A DNA stretch of 64,000 bases from Longimicrobiales bacterium (lineage in GTDB: Bacteria; Gemmatimonadota; Gemmatimonadetes; Longimicrobiales; Gaopeijiaceae). Location of the stretch: contig OZ250165.1 of assembly GCA_965238005.1 (NCBI GenBank), forward strand, positions 1,600,001-1,664,000, written 5' to 3'. The stretch's first letter is position 1. The number at the start of each line of letters is the position of its first letter. The notes beneath the pieces were generated by a model, which worked only from the letters and a program-made list of their open reading frames with translations, made no database searches and was not told the origin of the DNA. The translations under genes were made by a program, and so were the position numbers. Positions 40,012-50,445 of the stretch are shown here, one piece after another.

Positions 40012-40629
40012 GTGAGTCCGTACGTCCTCCTCGCGCTGGCGTACGTCGCCGGTGCGACCCCCACGAGCCACGTCGTCGGGAAGGGCGTGTACGGGATCGA
40101 CCTGCGGACCGAGGGAAGCGGGAACCTGGGAGGCACGAACGCATTCCGGGTGCTCGGCTGGAAGGCGGCGCTTCCGGTCATCGTGGTGGACATCTTGAAG
40201 GGCTGGTTCCCTGTGTGGTACTTCCCACAGATCCATGGTGACGCGCCATGGACGTGGGCTCTGGTGTATGGCGGCGCGGCCATCGTCGGGCACGTCTTCT
40301 CCTTTTGGGTGGGCTTCAAGGGAGGGAAGGGGATGGCCACCAGCGGCGGCGTATTCATTGCGGTGGCGCCCTTGGCGCTTCTCGCAGGTCTAGCGACCTG
40401 GCTGATAGCGGTGATCGGGACGCGCATCGCTTCCGTGGGCTCGCTGAGCGCAGCCCTGGTCGTGCCCGTGGTCGTCTACTTCACTCCGAACCAGGGTGGA
40501 GACATCACCTTTTGGTTCACAATAGGCCTGACCCTGTTCGTGATCTGGTCCCACCGCTCGAATATCGGGCGGCTCCTCAGGGGTGAGGAGCAAGCGTTGC
40601 GGACACGGGAATCGGGAGGCTCGGCTTGA
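40012..40629 (+). CDS. plsY: Glycerol-3-phosphate acyltransferase PlsY
   Basis: GSGNLGGTN, KGGKG, HRSNI; GTG at 40012. Confidence 0.93.
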   Translation: MSPYVLLALAYVAGATPTSHVVGKGVYGIDLRTEGSGNLGGTNAFRVLGWKAALPVIVVDILKGWFPVWYFPQIHGDAPWTWALVYGGAAIVGHVFSFWVGFKGGKGMATSGGVFIAVAPLALLAGLATWLIAVIGTRIASVGSLSAALVVPVVVYFTPNQGGDITFWFTIGLTLFVIWSHRSNIGRLLRGEEQALRTRESGGSA

Positions 40630-41633
40630 CACAGGTCGCCGTCGTAGGTGCCGGAAGTTGGGGCACGGCCCTGGCTGCACTTCTGGCCAAGAAAGGACAC
40701 GAGGTGCGGTTGTGGGCGTACGAGCCGGAGGTCGCTGAGGAGATTAAAGGGCTGGGCGAGAACCGAACCTACCTACCCGGCGTCAAGCTCCCCTTGAACC
40801 TCGAGTGCACGACGGACATGGAGACGGCACTGGGTGACGCCGACGTCGTACTTTCGGTGAGCCCGTCCCAGTTCGTAGGCACCGTCATGGGCGAGGCGGC
40901 CGCCTACATGCGGGACGACGCCCTCGTGGTGAGCGCGTCGAAGGGGATCGAGACGTCCACGCTCCGACGAATGGACGAGGTCCTGTCGAGCGTCTTGGGT
41001 CCTGCCCAGATGGAGGGTTTCAGTGCTCTCTCCGGGCCGAGCTTCGCCGTCGAAGTGGCTCGAGAGGCGCCGACCGCCGTGGTGGTGGCCAGTAGCTCGG
41101 AGGAGGCGGCCCTCCAGGTACAGGACCTCTTCCAGACCGGGCATTTCCGTGTGTACACCGGGACCGACGTGGTTGGCGTGGAGCTGGGTGGAGCGCTCAA
41201 GAACGTCATCGCACTGGGGGCCGGGGTGACGGCGGGATTGGGCTTTGGACACAACACCCTGGCGGCCCTCATGACCCGAGGGCTGGCGGAGATTCGCAGG
41301 CTGGGAGTCGCCATGGGCGCTCAGGCGTCCACCTTCTCGGGCCTGGCCGGCATGGGAGACCTGGTCCTCACGTGCACGGGATCTTTGAGCAGGAACCGCA
41401 CGGTCGGGTATCGCCTCGGTCAGGGCGAGGCCCTCGAGTCGATCCTCGGCGACATGACGGCGGTGGCCGAGGGGGTCAGGACGGCCCAGGCCGTGCATGA
41501 TCTCGCCGAGCGTTACGGGGTAGAGATGCCCATCGCGGAAGAGGTTAACGGGATGCTGGTGTTAGGGACCGAGCCGAGGCAGGCTCTGCAGAACCTCATG
41601 GAGCGCGACCCGAAGCCCGAAGAGTGGTACTAG
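40626..41633 (+). CDS. gpsA: NAD(P)H glycerol-3-phosphate dehydrogenase
   Basis: GAGSWGTALA, GALKNV, GDLVLTC...SRN. Confidence 0.96.
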   Translation: MTQVAVVGAGSWGTALAALLAKKGHEVRLWAYEPEVAEEIKGLGENRTYLPGVKLPLNLECTTDMETALGDADVVLSVSPSQFVGTVMGEAAAYMRDDALVVSASKGIETSTLRRMDEVLSSVLGPAQMEGFSALSGPSFAVEVAREAPTAVVVASSSEEAALQVQDLFQTGHFRVYTGTDVVGVELGGALKNVIALGAGVTAGLGFGHNTLAALMTRGLAEIRRLGVAMGAQASTFSGLAGMGDLVLTCTGSLSRNRTVGYRLGQGEALESILGDMTAVAEGVRTAQAVHDLAERYGVEMPIAEEVNGMLVLGTEPRQALQNLMERDPKPEEWY

Positions 41634-41755
41634 GGCCGGATGCATCGGTGCTCGAGCCGAGAGACCTTCATGTTCGCCGTGAGCGCCGAGTTGACCGCGA
41701 GACAATCGAGCGCAGCGAGATCAATGGCCGAGACACTTCTGGGACACCACACTAG
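41630..41755. mobile_element. CTAG-bounded MITE/REP-like element, copy 2
   Basis: CTAG at both ends; GGCCGAGACACTTCTGGGACACCACA end shared with the 45575 copy. Confidence 0.55.
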
Positions 41756-41765
41756 CGACAGGGAA

Positions 41766-42143
41766 ATGATGATGGATGAGCCCATCGCCAAGAAGGAGTA
41801 CTACTCCATCGGTGAGGTCTGTGAGCTCACCGGCCTCAAACCTCACGTCCTTCGGTACTGGGAGACGCAGTTCGAGCTCCTGCACCCCACCAAGAACCGG
41901 GCCGGTAACCGGGTATTCCGTCCCAAGGAGATCGAGCTGGTGCTCCTGGTGAAGCACCTGCTCTACGAGAAGAAATTCACGATCGACGGGGCCCGGCAGA
42001 AGCTGCTCGACATGCGGCAGCGGGGCGAGATTATGGAGGGCAAGAAGGACGTGGTGGACCAGGAGTTCCTGGGCGGCATGAAGCAGGACCTGAATCACCT
42101 CAAGGAGGTTCTCACCGCCCCGCCGAGTCGGCTTCCGTCCTGA
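41766..42143 (+). CDS. MerR-family transcriptional regulator
   Basis: YYSIGEV, HVLRYWETQF, FTIDGAR. Confidence 0.9.
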   Translation: MMMDEPIAKKEYYSIGEVCELTGLKPHVLRYWETQFELLHPTKNRAGNRVFRPKEIELVLLVKHLLYEKKFTIDGARQKLLDMRQRGEIMEGKKDVVDQEFLGGMKQDLNHLKEVLTAPPSRLPS

Positions 42144-42892
42144 TGCGGATCCTCTGCACCAACGACGATGGATTCCTGGCGCTGGGCATCCGCGTTTTGG
42201 CCTCGGCCGCCCGGAACTTCGGCGAGGTCACCATCGTGGCCCCCGATCGCGAGCAGAGTGCCACGAGTCACTCACTGACGCTTCATCACCCGCTCAGGGC
42301 CCGACGCTCCACGGACGGCGTCCTGGTCGTAGACGGGACGCCCACCGACTGCGTCATCCTAGCGGTGAGCGAGCTTCTGGAGGGTCGGCCGGACATGTGC
42401 CTCTCGGGTGTCAACCACGGCGCGAACATGGGCGAGGACGTGCTCTACTCCGGAACGGTGGCTGCCGCCATGGAGGCCACGGTCATCGGGATACCGGCCA
42501 TTGCCATCTCGTATACCGGTGACTCCTTCGAAGATCTCGAGGCGTGGGAGCCGATTCTCGTTGAGCTTCTGAGAGGCATCGTCGGCCAGGATGAGCTTCC
42601 AAAGGACACGTTGTTCAACGTGAACCTTCCTGAGGTGGATCCAGGCGACGTAAGAGGCATCCGCGTGACGTCCCTGGGAAAGCGGCGATACAGCGACAGC
42701 CTCACCCGAGCCCTCGATCCGTCGGGCAACGAGTATTACTGGATCGGCGGTGGCGAGATCAGCTGGAGTGGAGACGTGGACTCGGACTTCAGGGCGGTCG
42801 ATGAGGGGTATGTGTCCGTGACGCCCCTCCACCTCGACCTGACCAACTACCGGCTCCTCGAGGAGATTCGTGGGTGGCAGCTGACTCTCTAG
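42143..42892 (+). CDS. surE: 5'/3'-nucleotidase SurE
   Basis: TNDDG, SGVNHGAN, YSGTVAAA. Confidence 0.95.
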   Translation: MRILCTNDDGFLALGIRVLASAARNFGEVTIVAPDREQSATSHSLTLHHPLRARRSTDGVLVVDGTPTDCVILAVSELLEGRPDMCLSGVNHGANMGEDVLYSGTVAAAMEATVIGIPAIAISYTGDSFEDLEAWEPILVELLRGIVGQDELPKDTLFNVNLPEVDPGDVRGIRVTSLGKRRYSDSLTRALDPSGNEYYWIGGGEISWSGDVDSDFRAVDEGYVSVTPLHLDLTNYRLLEEIRGWQLTL

Positions 42893-43560
42893 ACGATCGA
42901 AGCTTCGTCGGCTACCGGCGCAAGCTCATCGAGGAGATCCGGGAGCACGGCATCGACGACATGGAGATCCTCCACCTCTTCGACCAGGTGCCCCGCCACC
43001 TGTTCGTGCCCCAGGGCGTTTGGCCCAGAGCGTACGAGGACGCCCCGATCCCCATCGGGTACTCGCAGACGGCTTCCCAGCCGTCTCTTCAGGCCCTCTA
43101 CCTCTCGATCTTGAAGCCCACCACCGACGAGACCGTGCTCGAGATCGGTACCGGAAGCGGGTATCTGACGGCCCTGTTGGCTATGACAGCGAACCGCGTG
43201 TACTCGGTGGAACGGGTACGGGAGCTCTCGGCGCGTGCCCGGGTGGCTCTGGACGAGCTACGTCTGAAAAACGTGGCCCTCATGGTGGGAGATGGGACGA
43301 TCGGATGGAGGAAGTATGCTCCCTTCGACGTCATCGTGGTGTCCGCCGCGTCCCCATCGATTCCCAAGGCCTTCCTGGATCAACTGGGCGAGGGAGGCCG
43401 CATGCTCATCCCTGTGGGATCGAGGGAACACCAGGACCTCATCCTCGTTCGCCGAGAGGATGGAGAGATCCAGCAGGAGGTGATCCAGGGCGGGTGCACC
43501 TTCGTGCCGCTCCTCGGCCGATTCGCGTGGGCTTCGGAGCATCCGGAGGCCGGCGCTTGA
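42874..43560 (+). CDS. pcm: Protein-L-isoaspartate O-methyltransferase
   Basis: VPRHLFV, EIGTGSGY, FVPL; follows surE. Confidence 0.94.
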   Translation: MAADSLDDRSFVGYRRKLIEEIREHGIDDMEILHLFDQVPRHLFVPQGVWPRAYEDAPIPIGYSQTASQPSLQALYLSILKPTTDETVLEIGTGSGYLTALLAMTANRVYSVERVRELSARARVALDELRLKNVALMVGDGTIGWRKYAPFDVIVVSAASPSIPKAFLDQLGEGGRMLIPVGSREHQDLILVRREDGEIQQEVIQGGCTFVPLLGRFAWASEHPEAGA

Positions 43561-44177
43561 CCTCTCTTGTGGCCGAGGGGCGCAGGGGACCCATCCGCAG
43601 ACTCTACGACTGGGTGCTCCGCTGGGCCGATACTCCTTACGGGCTACCCGCACTGGGTGCGCTTGCCCTGGCTGAGTCATCGGTCTTTCCCATCCCACCC
43701 GATCCGTTGCTCATGGCGCTCTGCCTGGGTGCTACGTCACGATCGCTCAGCTTCGCCGGGGTCGCCACGGCAACTTCCGTCATCGGAGGCATGATCGGGT
43801 ACGGGATCGGCTCGCTGGTCTGGCTCGGAGTGTCGGAATTCTTCTTCACGTACGTTCCGGGTGTCACGCCCGAGGCGTTCGGCAGCGTCCAGAGCCTATA
43901 CGAGCGGTGGGACTTCTGGGCCGTGTTCGCGGCCGGACTCACTCCGATCCCCTACAAGGTCTTCACCATTTCGGCCGGTGTGTTCGCCATCAACTTCCCG
44001 ATCTTCGTGCTGGCCAGCGTTCTGGGCCGTGGACTCAGGTTCTTCCTCGTTGCCGGCCTGATCTACCGGTTTGGATCGTCCATAAACGCCTTTATCGACC
44101 GCTACTTCAGCCTTCTCACCTGGGCTTTCGGCTTTCTGGTGGTCTTGGGCTTCGTGATCGTAGAGTTCGTTCTCTGA
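43557..44177 (+). CDS. YqaA/DedA-family membrane protein
   Basis: AESSVFPIPPD, GLTPIPYK, RGLRF. Confidence 0.88.
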   Translation: MTSLVAEGRRGPIRRLYDWVLRWADTPYGLPALGALALAESSVFPIPPDPLLMALCLGATSRSLSFAGVATATSVIGGMIGYGIGSLVWLGVSEFFFTYVPGVTPEAFGSVQSLYERWDFWAVFAAGLTPIPYKVFTISAGVFAINFPIFVLASVLGRGLRFFLVAGLIYRFGSSINAFIDRYFSLLTWAFGFLVVLGFVIVEFVL

Positions 44178-44270
44178 GAAACACGTTTGTTTACAGGGTC
44201 GTGGGAGGCCTATATTGACTGTGAGGAGCAGCCCCCAGCTGCAAGGCCCCCAGTCGGTCGGAGAACTTCT

Positions 44271-44678
44271 ATGAGCGACGAGGCAGGATCCGAGCGGGAG
44301 ATGATCGAGGCGGAGTCGACCAATGAGGACGGTCGCCTGACCGACGACGTCGACATCCCGAAGGAAGCGTTCATCTCTCCGGACGAGCCCCTCGTTCGGG
44401 ATGAGTTTCGAGATGCACTGATCTCTCCCGACGAGCCCATCGAACGAGCCGACGACGATAGTGGGGTCGTGGTGGGCATGGACGGATCGAGCGAGCATGA
44501 GTCGGTCCGCTTCTCCGGTGTGCATCTGGAGCCGGAGCAAATGGCCGCGGTCTTGGAGGACGTCGCGGCGGCGCTGAAGGAGCACGGAATCAACGGTCTT
44601 CGGCCAACGCCCGGCACACCCCACTTCGAGAGCGTGCTCAAGGCCTATATCGCCGGATACTATTCGACTGACTACTGA
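44271..44678 (+). CDS. Acidic hypothetical protein
   Basis: GGAG RBS; internal repeat AFISPDEP/ALISPDEP. Confidence 0.6.
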   Translation: MSDEAGSEREMIEAESTNEDGRLTDDVDIPKEAFISPDEPLVRDEFRDALISPDEPIERADDDSGVVVGMDGSSEHESVRFSGVHLEPEQMAAVLEDVAAALKEHGINGLRPTPGTPHFESVLKAYIAGYYSTDY

Positions 44679-44768
44679 TCGACTGGGGCGTCGTCATACC
44701 CCAGACGGAATCGACCCTCGCGGCCTGGTGGCCCCGGGGGTCGACGCGTCGGTGCCGTCGCGGGCCTT

Positions 44769-45578
44769 ATGCAGCCAATGAGACCGATGATCGCGTCGGC
44801 GGCGCTGCTTGTGCTCGGGTTGGCGAGCCTTCTGAGCGCTCCTGCCGTCGGGCGCGCTCAGGAGGTGGTGCCGGACTGGCTGCTGAGCCTCCGTCTTCCG
44901 AACGCGGGCGCCAAGTCCGTCATGACTCCCACAGGATGGGGCGCGGCCTACGGCTCCTTCTTCGCCGGCGCAGGGGTCTCCGAGCGGAATCCCTATCTGC
45001 CCAGTTCGGATGGCGTGATGGCGCTGGGGGTCGGGGTCGGGGATCCTGTGCTCAATATCGGCCTCCAGCTTGGAGTTACGGTCTCCGACCTCAGTGAGTT
45101 TGACAACTATGCGTACTCGTTCAAGCTGCATCGCTACCTAGGGCAAGGGACCGCCATCGCAGTGGGTGGCGAGAGCCTACTTACCGGTGGTCCCCTCGTC
45201 GATGACTTGGGCGAGACGTTCTATCTGGTGGTGAGCCACGTCGTACAAGGGGTGGCATTGCCCCGCCCCGGTGTCGGCCGTCTCCACTTGAGCGCCGGCG
45301 TGGGGTCTGGACGCTTTGCCAATAGGAGCCCCCGGGACGTGTCGGAGGGGAAGGGTGACAACGGGACCTGGGTGTTCGGCAACGCGGCCGTGGAAGTGGC
45401 GAAGGACCTGAACCTCCTCGTGGAGTGGAGCGGGATCAACCTCCATGCGGGCGTGAGCAAGGCGTTTCAGGTCGGCGACGTGGCGATCTCGCTTTCGCTG
45501 GCCGCTGCGGACCTCACGGATTATTCGGGTGACGGTGCCCGCCTCCTGGGAGGTGGCGCCGTGGCGGTGGGGTTCTAG
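44769..45578 (+). CDS. Putative outer-membrane beta-barrel protein
   Basis: Signal peptide, amphipathic Gly-rich strands, terminal Phe. Confidence 0.6.
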   Translation: MQPMRPMIASAALLVLGLASLLSAPAVGRAQEVVPDWLLSLRLPNAGAKSVMTPTGWGAAYGSFFAGAGVSERNPYLPSSDGVMALGVGVGDPVLNIGLQLGVTVSDLSEFDNYAYSFKLHRYLGQGTAIAVGGESLLTGGPLVDDLGETFYLVVSHVVQGVALPRPGVGRLHLSAGVGSGRFANRSPRDVSEGKGDNGTWVFGNAAVEVAKDLNLLVEWSGINLHAGVSKAFQVGDVAISLSLAAADLTDYSGDGARLLGGGAVAVGF

Positions 45579-45644
45579 TGTTCCGTTGCCCACGGATGCA
45601 CCGTGCCCTCGACGGGCCGCGACACTTCTGGGACACCACAATAG
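45575..45644. mobile_element. CTAG-bounded MITE/REP-like element, copy 3
   Basis: CTAGTGTTCCGTTGCC and GGATGCACCGTGCCCTCGAC.GGCCG.GACACTT match the reverse complement of 16671-16763. Confidence 0.6.
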
Positions 45645-45653
45645 GGTGCGGGT

Positions 45654-46053
45654 GATGACGATCCGGGCGTGCGTGCTGTTGTTGGTGATCGGTGGGGCCG
45701 TGTTAATGGCGCCTGGCGGTGTGGCGGGGCAGGAGGTTGCCGGCGACGTAATGATGCCTCCACCCAGGGAGCTGGCTACTTCTACTCCTGCGGCGAGCGG
45801 GCTGGGCATGGGCAGAGGTACCGCTGGTCTCGAGACCATGGCGGCGTACCGGACGGCGGTTGAGAACGTGGTGGCCCAGGTGCGGGCCGGCACTGTGAGT
45901 GAGAGTGAGGTCCGGGAGCGGCTCGGGGATGTGATCGTGTCGCTGCTGATCAAGGCCGGGGTGATGTCGTTCGGGGGTGACCGAGCCTCATGGCCCACAT
46001 TCTCAGCCCGCCGGAAGGCACCACGTTGCCTCACCTCCGGACGCAAGCCGTAG
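45654..46053 (+). CDS. Hypothetical exported protein (3' end possibly degraded)
   Basis: Signal-peptide-like MTIRACVLLLVIGG. Confidence 0.35.
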
Positions 46054-46191
46054 GGTCCTTGATCCTCGCCAACCTCATCCCGCTTTGCGGTGCGCTCTTC
46101 CTGGGCTGGAGCGTCGGGCGCTCATGCTCGTGCCCTACCTGCGGATGGGCGTCATGTTCGGCAGCATCGTCCTGGGTGCGCTCATCATGGC
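46050..46191 (+). pseudogene. Membrane protein remnants (DUF6498-like)
   Basis: LILANLIPLCGALFLGWS and PYLRMGVM pieces in different frames. Confidence 0.4.
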
Positions 46192-47670
46192 TTACTGCCT
46201 GCTCCCATCCGGCCGGATCTCGCTGATCGGGACCGTGGGCACCTTCTGGACCACTCCCGTCTGCCGCACCAGCCTCTCGATGTCGTCCAGCTCCATTGGC
46301 AGGAAGGCGGTGAAGTTCTCGACGCCGTCTTCGGTCACCACCACCGTGTCCTCATAGCGCAGGTACAGGTTCTCCTCCGGGACCCAGAGCTGGGGATCCA
46401 CCGAGAAGACGAGTCCCGGCTCGAGGGGCGCGCCCCGGTACCTCCCCACATCGTGCACGGTCATCCCAACGGTGTGGGAGAAGACGCCGCCCCCGGTCCC
46501 CACCAGCCGCCGCGCCGCCTGCTCGTAGATGGGCTTCGAGAAGCGGGTGCGGGCGAACACTGCCTCCATCGCCTCCGCCGCTTCCTCCATGATCTGCTCG
46601 GGTGTGACGCTGGGGCGGATCCGCAAGAGCACCGCCTTGTGGTACTCGAGGACAAACTGGAGCAGCTCCCGCTGCCGCGAGTCGTACCGCCCGTTTACTG
46701 GCCAGACGCGGCCGACATCCGACACGTAGTAGCGGTAGTCGGGGGCGTAGTCCATCAGCACCAGATCCCCGTCCTTCAGCTGCTCCGTGTTCCGGAAATA
46801 GTGCGCCCGGTTGATGTTTTCGGTGCCGGAGGCCGTGATGGACCGGTATGCCTCCAGTCGCGCCCCGTCTAGAAGAAAGACGTAGCGCGCCGCCGCGTCC
46901 AACTGATACTCGTACACTCCAGGCTCCGTGCTGCGCATGGCCTCCATCAGGCTGAGGCCCGACAGCTGAGCGGCACGGCGCAGCAGCGCGATCTCCCGGG
47001 GACTCTTGATGGTGCGCATCTCGTCCAGGATGGGGTTAAGATCCCGGAGCTCGGCCCGCCGGTGACGCGCGTGGAGAAGGGCTACGAACCGGCGCTGGCG
47101 CGAGAGACCGACGTCCCAGAAGTCCATGGCGCGCGCCACCTCGGCGGCGATCAGCTCGCCTCGGCTCTGCTGGGCGCCCTCCGCCGGGCTGAACTCGGCG
47201 TAAATCACCGGGGCAGGGCCTCCTCGCCGACCCCCAGCCGGCTCTCCCAGCGGCCAGTTCTGGGCCCTCATCGCCTCCACCGGCTCCACTGCGTCCACCC
47301 CGATCAGACGCCGGATCAGATCCGCATCGTCCGCCGATAGCTCGAGACCCTCGTTCTGCGCCAGCCGCTCGTCCCGACGCGGCAGATAAAGCGTGGCCTT
47401 CCGCCTTCGCCCGTCCAGCAGAAGATACGCTCCCGGCATCTCTACCCCCGACAGGTAGTACATCGTGTTGTACTGCCGCGGGTAGATGAAGCCATCGGTC
47501 TTGGGCATCCCCTGCACCACCGCCACGCCGTCGCTGCCGATGGCGTCGAACAGCTTCGCCCACCGCGCCTGGAACTCTTCGGGCGGGAAGTCGCTCTGGT
47601 AGAACTGCGCGGGGGCGGGCTCGACCCACGCGGCAGTCAGGGCAAGGACGATCAGCATTCGCGCGACCAT
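46192..47670 (-). CDS. Exported Xaa-Pro aminopeptidase (M24)
   Basis: RTIKSPREI, LMDYAP..YVSD, HTVGMTVHD, RYED. Confidence 0.9.
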   Translation of the reverse strand: MVARMLIVLALTAAWVEPAPAQFYQSDFPPEEFQARWAKLFDAIGSDGVAVVQGMPKTDGFIYPRQYNTMYYLSGVEMPGAYLLLDGRRRKATLYLPRRDERLAQNEGLELSADDADLIRRLIGVDAVEPVEAMRAQNWPLGEPAGGRRGGPAPVIYAEFSPAEGAQQSRGELIAAEVARAMDFWDVGLSRQRRFVALLHARHRRAELRDLNPILDEMRTIKSPREIALLRRAAQLSGLSLMEAMRSTEPGVYEYQLDAAARYVFLLDGARLEAYRSITASGTENINRAHYFRNTEQLKDGDLVLMDYAPDYRYYVSDVGRVWPVNGRYDSRQRELLQFVLEYHKAVLLRIRPSVTPEQIMEEAAEAMEAVFARTRFSKPIYEQAARRLVGTGGGVFSHTVGMTVHDVGRYRGAPLEPGLVFSVDPQLWVPEENLYLRYEDTVVVTEDGVENFTAFLPMELDDIERLVRQTGVVQKVPTVPISEIRPDGSRQ

Positions 47671-47861
47671 GGGATGCTCCTTTGGATGCCGGGCCGCTCA
47701 CGCCGACGCCCAATGCGTCAGCTGAGCCTGTCAAAGAACGGGGCTACTCCTCCTCCATGAACGTCCGAGTCTCTGAGCTGCAAGCACTACCGGCTCGGCC
47801 TCACCTGCAAGGCGTTCCCCGACGGCATCCCCGAGAAGATCATCACCGGCCCAGCACGACA

Positions 47862-50162
47862 TCACTGTCCGCCAGGAGGGAGATGTTCGAGGAAGTACCG
47901 CGCGATGAGTCGGCGTACGTGGGGGGTGGACCCGGGGCCTTCCCTCAGCCCATGGTTGCGATCGGGGTACACCATGTAGTCGAACGGCTTGCCGAGCTCG
48001 ACCAGACGATTTACCAGATGCTCGACGTGCTGGAGATGGGTATTCGTCTCTCCCGAGCCGTGCATGATGAGTAGGCGCCCCTTCAACCCCTCGGCGAAAT
48101 TAAGGGGGTCCGCCAGGCGGTAGCCCTCGGGATTATCCTCCCGGGTCCTCATGTACCGTTCCTGGAACCCTGCATTGTACAGATCGGGCCGCGGCTTCGG
48201 GGCGACCGCGACGCCCACGTGATACTGGTCCGGCTTGCGAAAGAGTGCGTTCAACGTGTTGGTCCCGCCCGCGCTCCAGCCCCAGATCCCCACCCGCGAG
48301 AGGTCGACGTACGGCCGCGTGCGCCCCAGCTCGCGCAGGCCGGCCGCCTGCTCTTCGGTCGACAGCGGCCCCATGCTGGGGAAGATAGCCCGGCGCCAGG
48401 CCGCACCCTTGAGCGCCGGCGTGCCCTGGTTGTCCCACGACACCACCAGATACCCCTCGTCGGCGATCGCCTGATGGAAGAGGTGATTGCGCTGCTGGGC
48501 ATCCCAAGCGTTCTCCACCACGTTGTCCGCCGGCTCGGCGTAGATGAAGACGATCACAGGGTATTTCTTGCCCGCATCGAAGTCCCGGGGCTTGATCATC
48601 AGCGCGTCCATCACGATGCCGTTGCCGATGTCCAGCGTGAAGAACTCGGTCGGGTTTATGATCCACGCTTTCAACTTCTCGCGAAGCGCCGCATTGTCCT
48701 CCAGCACGCGCACGATGCGGTGGGAGGGGAGCTCGACGAGGTCGGTCACCGGCGGTGTGTCGAAGGTCGAATAGCTATGGAAGGCGTACCGACCGTCGGG
48801 CGACGGAACATACTGGTGGAACCCCGAGGCCGTCGCCGGCGTCACCCGTTCGGCCTTTCCGCTGCCGTCCAATGGGACGCGATAGAGATGGGACTCAGTG
48901 GCATTGTCGGGCGAGGCATGATAGTAGAACCAGCCTCCCGCCTCGTCGACCATGCCGGTGGGGTACTCGCGGCGGTAGATGGCGGGTTGGATATCGTGCG
49001 GCCCGGGCGTCAGCAGCGTCTGCGTCTTGCCGTCACGCGACAGGAGAAATGCGTGCCGCCAGCCGTCTCGCTCGCTGATCAGCAGGAACCTCTTGCCATC
49101 GCGTAGCGGCTCGAGCGTGAGACGCACCCACGCCGAGTCGCTTTCGTGGTACATCGGGGTGACCGCACTGGTCCGTACGTTCACGTAGAAAGCGCTGAAC
49201 ACGTCCCGTCCCCGAGATTGCTGCTCCAGCAGCAGCTCGTCGGAACTACCTGCCCAACTCGCGCTGAGGTAATACGTACCCGGTTTTCCCGGAACGGCGA
49301 TCCACTGGGTCGGGCCGCCATCCGCGTTCACCACGCCCACCCGTGTCGTCGCGATTGGGGTGCCCACCTTGGCGTAACGGGTGTCTCTCACCACCGGATA
49401 CGTTGCCTCAGTAAATTTGACGATCGGGAACCTCCCGACGCTCCGTTGGTCTCGCTGCGTGTAAGCGACCTTCTGCCCGTCAGGACTCCAGTAACCAGTA
49501 TTCGTGACGCTATCCGGTAGCGCATCCCGCGTGAGCACCACGTGTCGCTCAGTGTCGAGATCGTACACGTACAGGTTGCCCCCCCTCACGTAGAGGAGGT
49601 GCCGCCCATCGGGGGAAAGACCCCCCGACAGATCCCCAGACCCGCTACACGACTCGGCGTCGGAGACGAGCTTCCGAAGGGTGTGTGCCCTGCGGTCCAG
49701 CAGCCAGCAATCGCCCCCAGTGCCACCCCCGGGCAGCGGGCGGGTGTTCGAACGAAAGAGCATGCGCCCTCCGTCGGCCGAGAGGGCATAATCTTCGATG
49801 GTGAGCGGCTGGGAGGTACCCGCCGGCACAAGATCCGAAGCCGACACGAGTGTGCTGCGCTCTCCCGTCGCGGCATCGTACTGCACTAGCTCTCTTGACC
49901 GGTCTGCGCCGAGCTCGAGGGCCAGGTAACCGGAGCCATCTGGGAGCCACCGCAAGTCAACCAAACGCCCCCGAGGCATGATCTGTTCGGCCTCGAGCTC
50001 ATTCGTCGTATAAAGGGAATGGATCCGCGCTTCCAACGCCGCCGGCAGCTCCGCGCTACGCACGGCCTGCCGCGTGGCGGCGTCTGGCCCGCAACCAGCA
50101 ACGACAGCACACAGCGCCAGCGTGGTCACGGTCACCGTGGACTTGTGGACATCGGTGGTCAT
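47862..50162 (-). CDS. S9 dipeptidyl-peptidase IV family lipoprotein
   Basis: VAGC lipobox, beta-propeller, GWSAGG, HG motif. Confidence 0.9.
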   Translation of the reverse strand: MTTDVHKSTVTVTTLALCAVVAGCGPDAATRQAVRSAELPAALEARIHSLYTTNELEAEQIMPRGRLVDLRWLPDGSGYLALELGADRSRELVQYDAATGERSTLVSASDLVPAGTSQPLTIEDYALSADGGRMLFRSNTRPLPGGGTGGDCWLLDRRAHTLRKLVSDAESCSGSGDLSGGLSPDGRHLLYVRGGNLYVYDLDTERHVVLTRDALPDSVTNTGYWSPDGQKVAYTQRDQRSVGRFPIVKFTEATYPVVRDTRYAKVGTPIATTRVGVVNADGGPTQWIAVPGKPGTYYLSASWAGSSDELLLEQQSRGRDVFSAFYVNVRTSAVTPMYHESDSAWVRLTLEPLRDGKRFLLISERDGWRHAFLLSRDGKTQTLLTPGPHDIQPAIYRREYPTGMVDEAGGWFYYHASPDNATESHLYRVPLDGSGKAERVTPATASGFHQYVPSPDGRYAFHSYSTFDTPPVTDLVELPSHRIVRVLEDNAALREKLKAWIINPTEFFTLDIGNGIVMDALMIKPRDFDAGKKYPVIVFIYAEPADNVVENAWDAQQRNHLFHQAIADEGYLVVSWDNQGTPALKGAAWRRAIFPSMGPLSTEEQAAGLRELGRTRPYVDLSRVGIWGWSAGGTNTLNALFRKPDQYHVGVAVAPKPRPDLYNAGFQERYMRTREDNPEGYRLADPLNFAEGLKGRLLIMHGSGETNTHLQHVEHLVNRLVELGKPFDYMVYPDRNHGLREGPGSTPHVRRLIARYFLEHLPPGGQ

Positions 50163-50445
50163 CTCGCCTCCAGAGAAATTGGTCTCCTGGATATGCGCCC
50201 CGAAATCTGAACCGGTTTCGGGGCCGCTCCTCATAGTGACACGTCATCTGCGCATCCGCCACCCGGCCGAGCTCCAAGAGGTCCTGAGCCTCCAGTAGCA
50301 AGGAGCGATTCTCCACATTGAAGCGGGCCCGGAAGATCCAGGGATTGTCAAAGTACCGTGCGGAGAGGCCGCGAGGAACGCGCTACTCGACCAAGAGCGC
50401 GTAGGGGGGAGGATTCGTCTGCTCGAAGTTTGCGGCGTCCAGCGG

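Noticed and set aside
37388..41633. DUF512-der-plsY-gpsA cluster as a new system
   Set aside because: Commonly conserved housekeeping neighbourhood
47777..47855. SCKHYRLGLTCKAFPDGIPEKIITG peptide relic
   Set aside because: Too short and lacks a clear in-frame start or stop; not assignable
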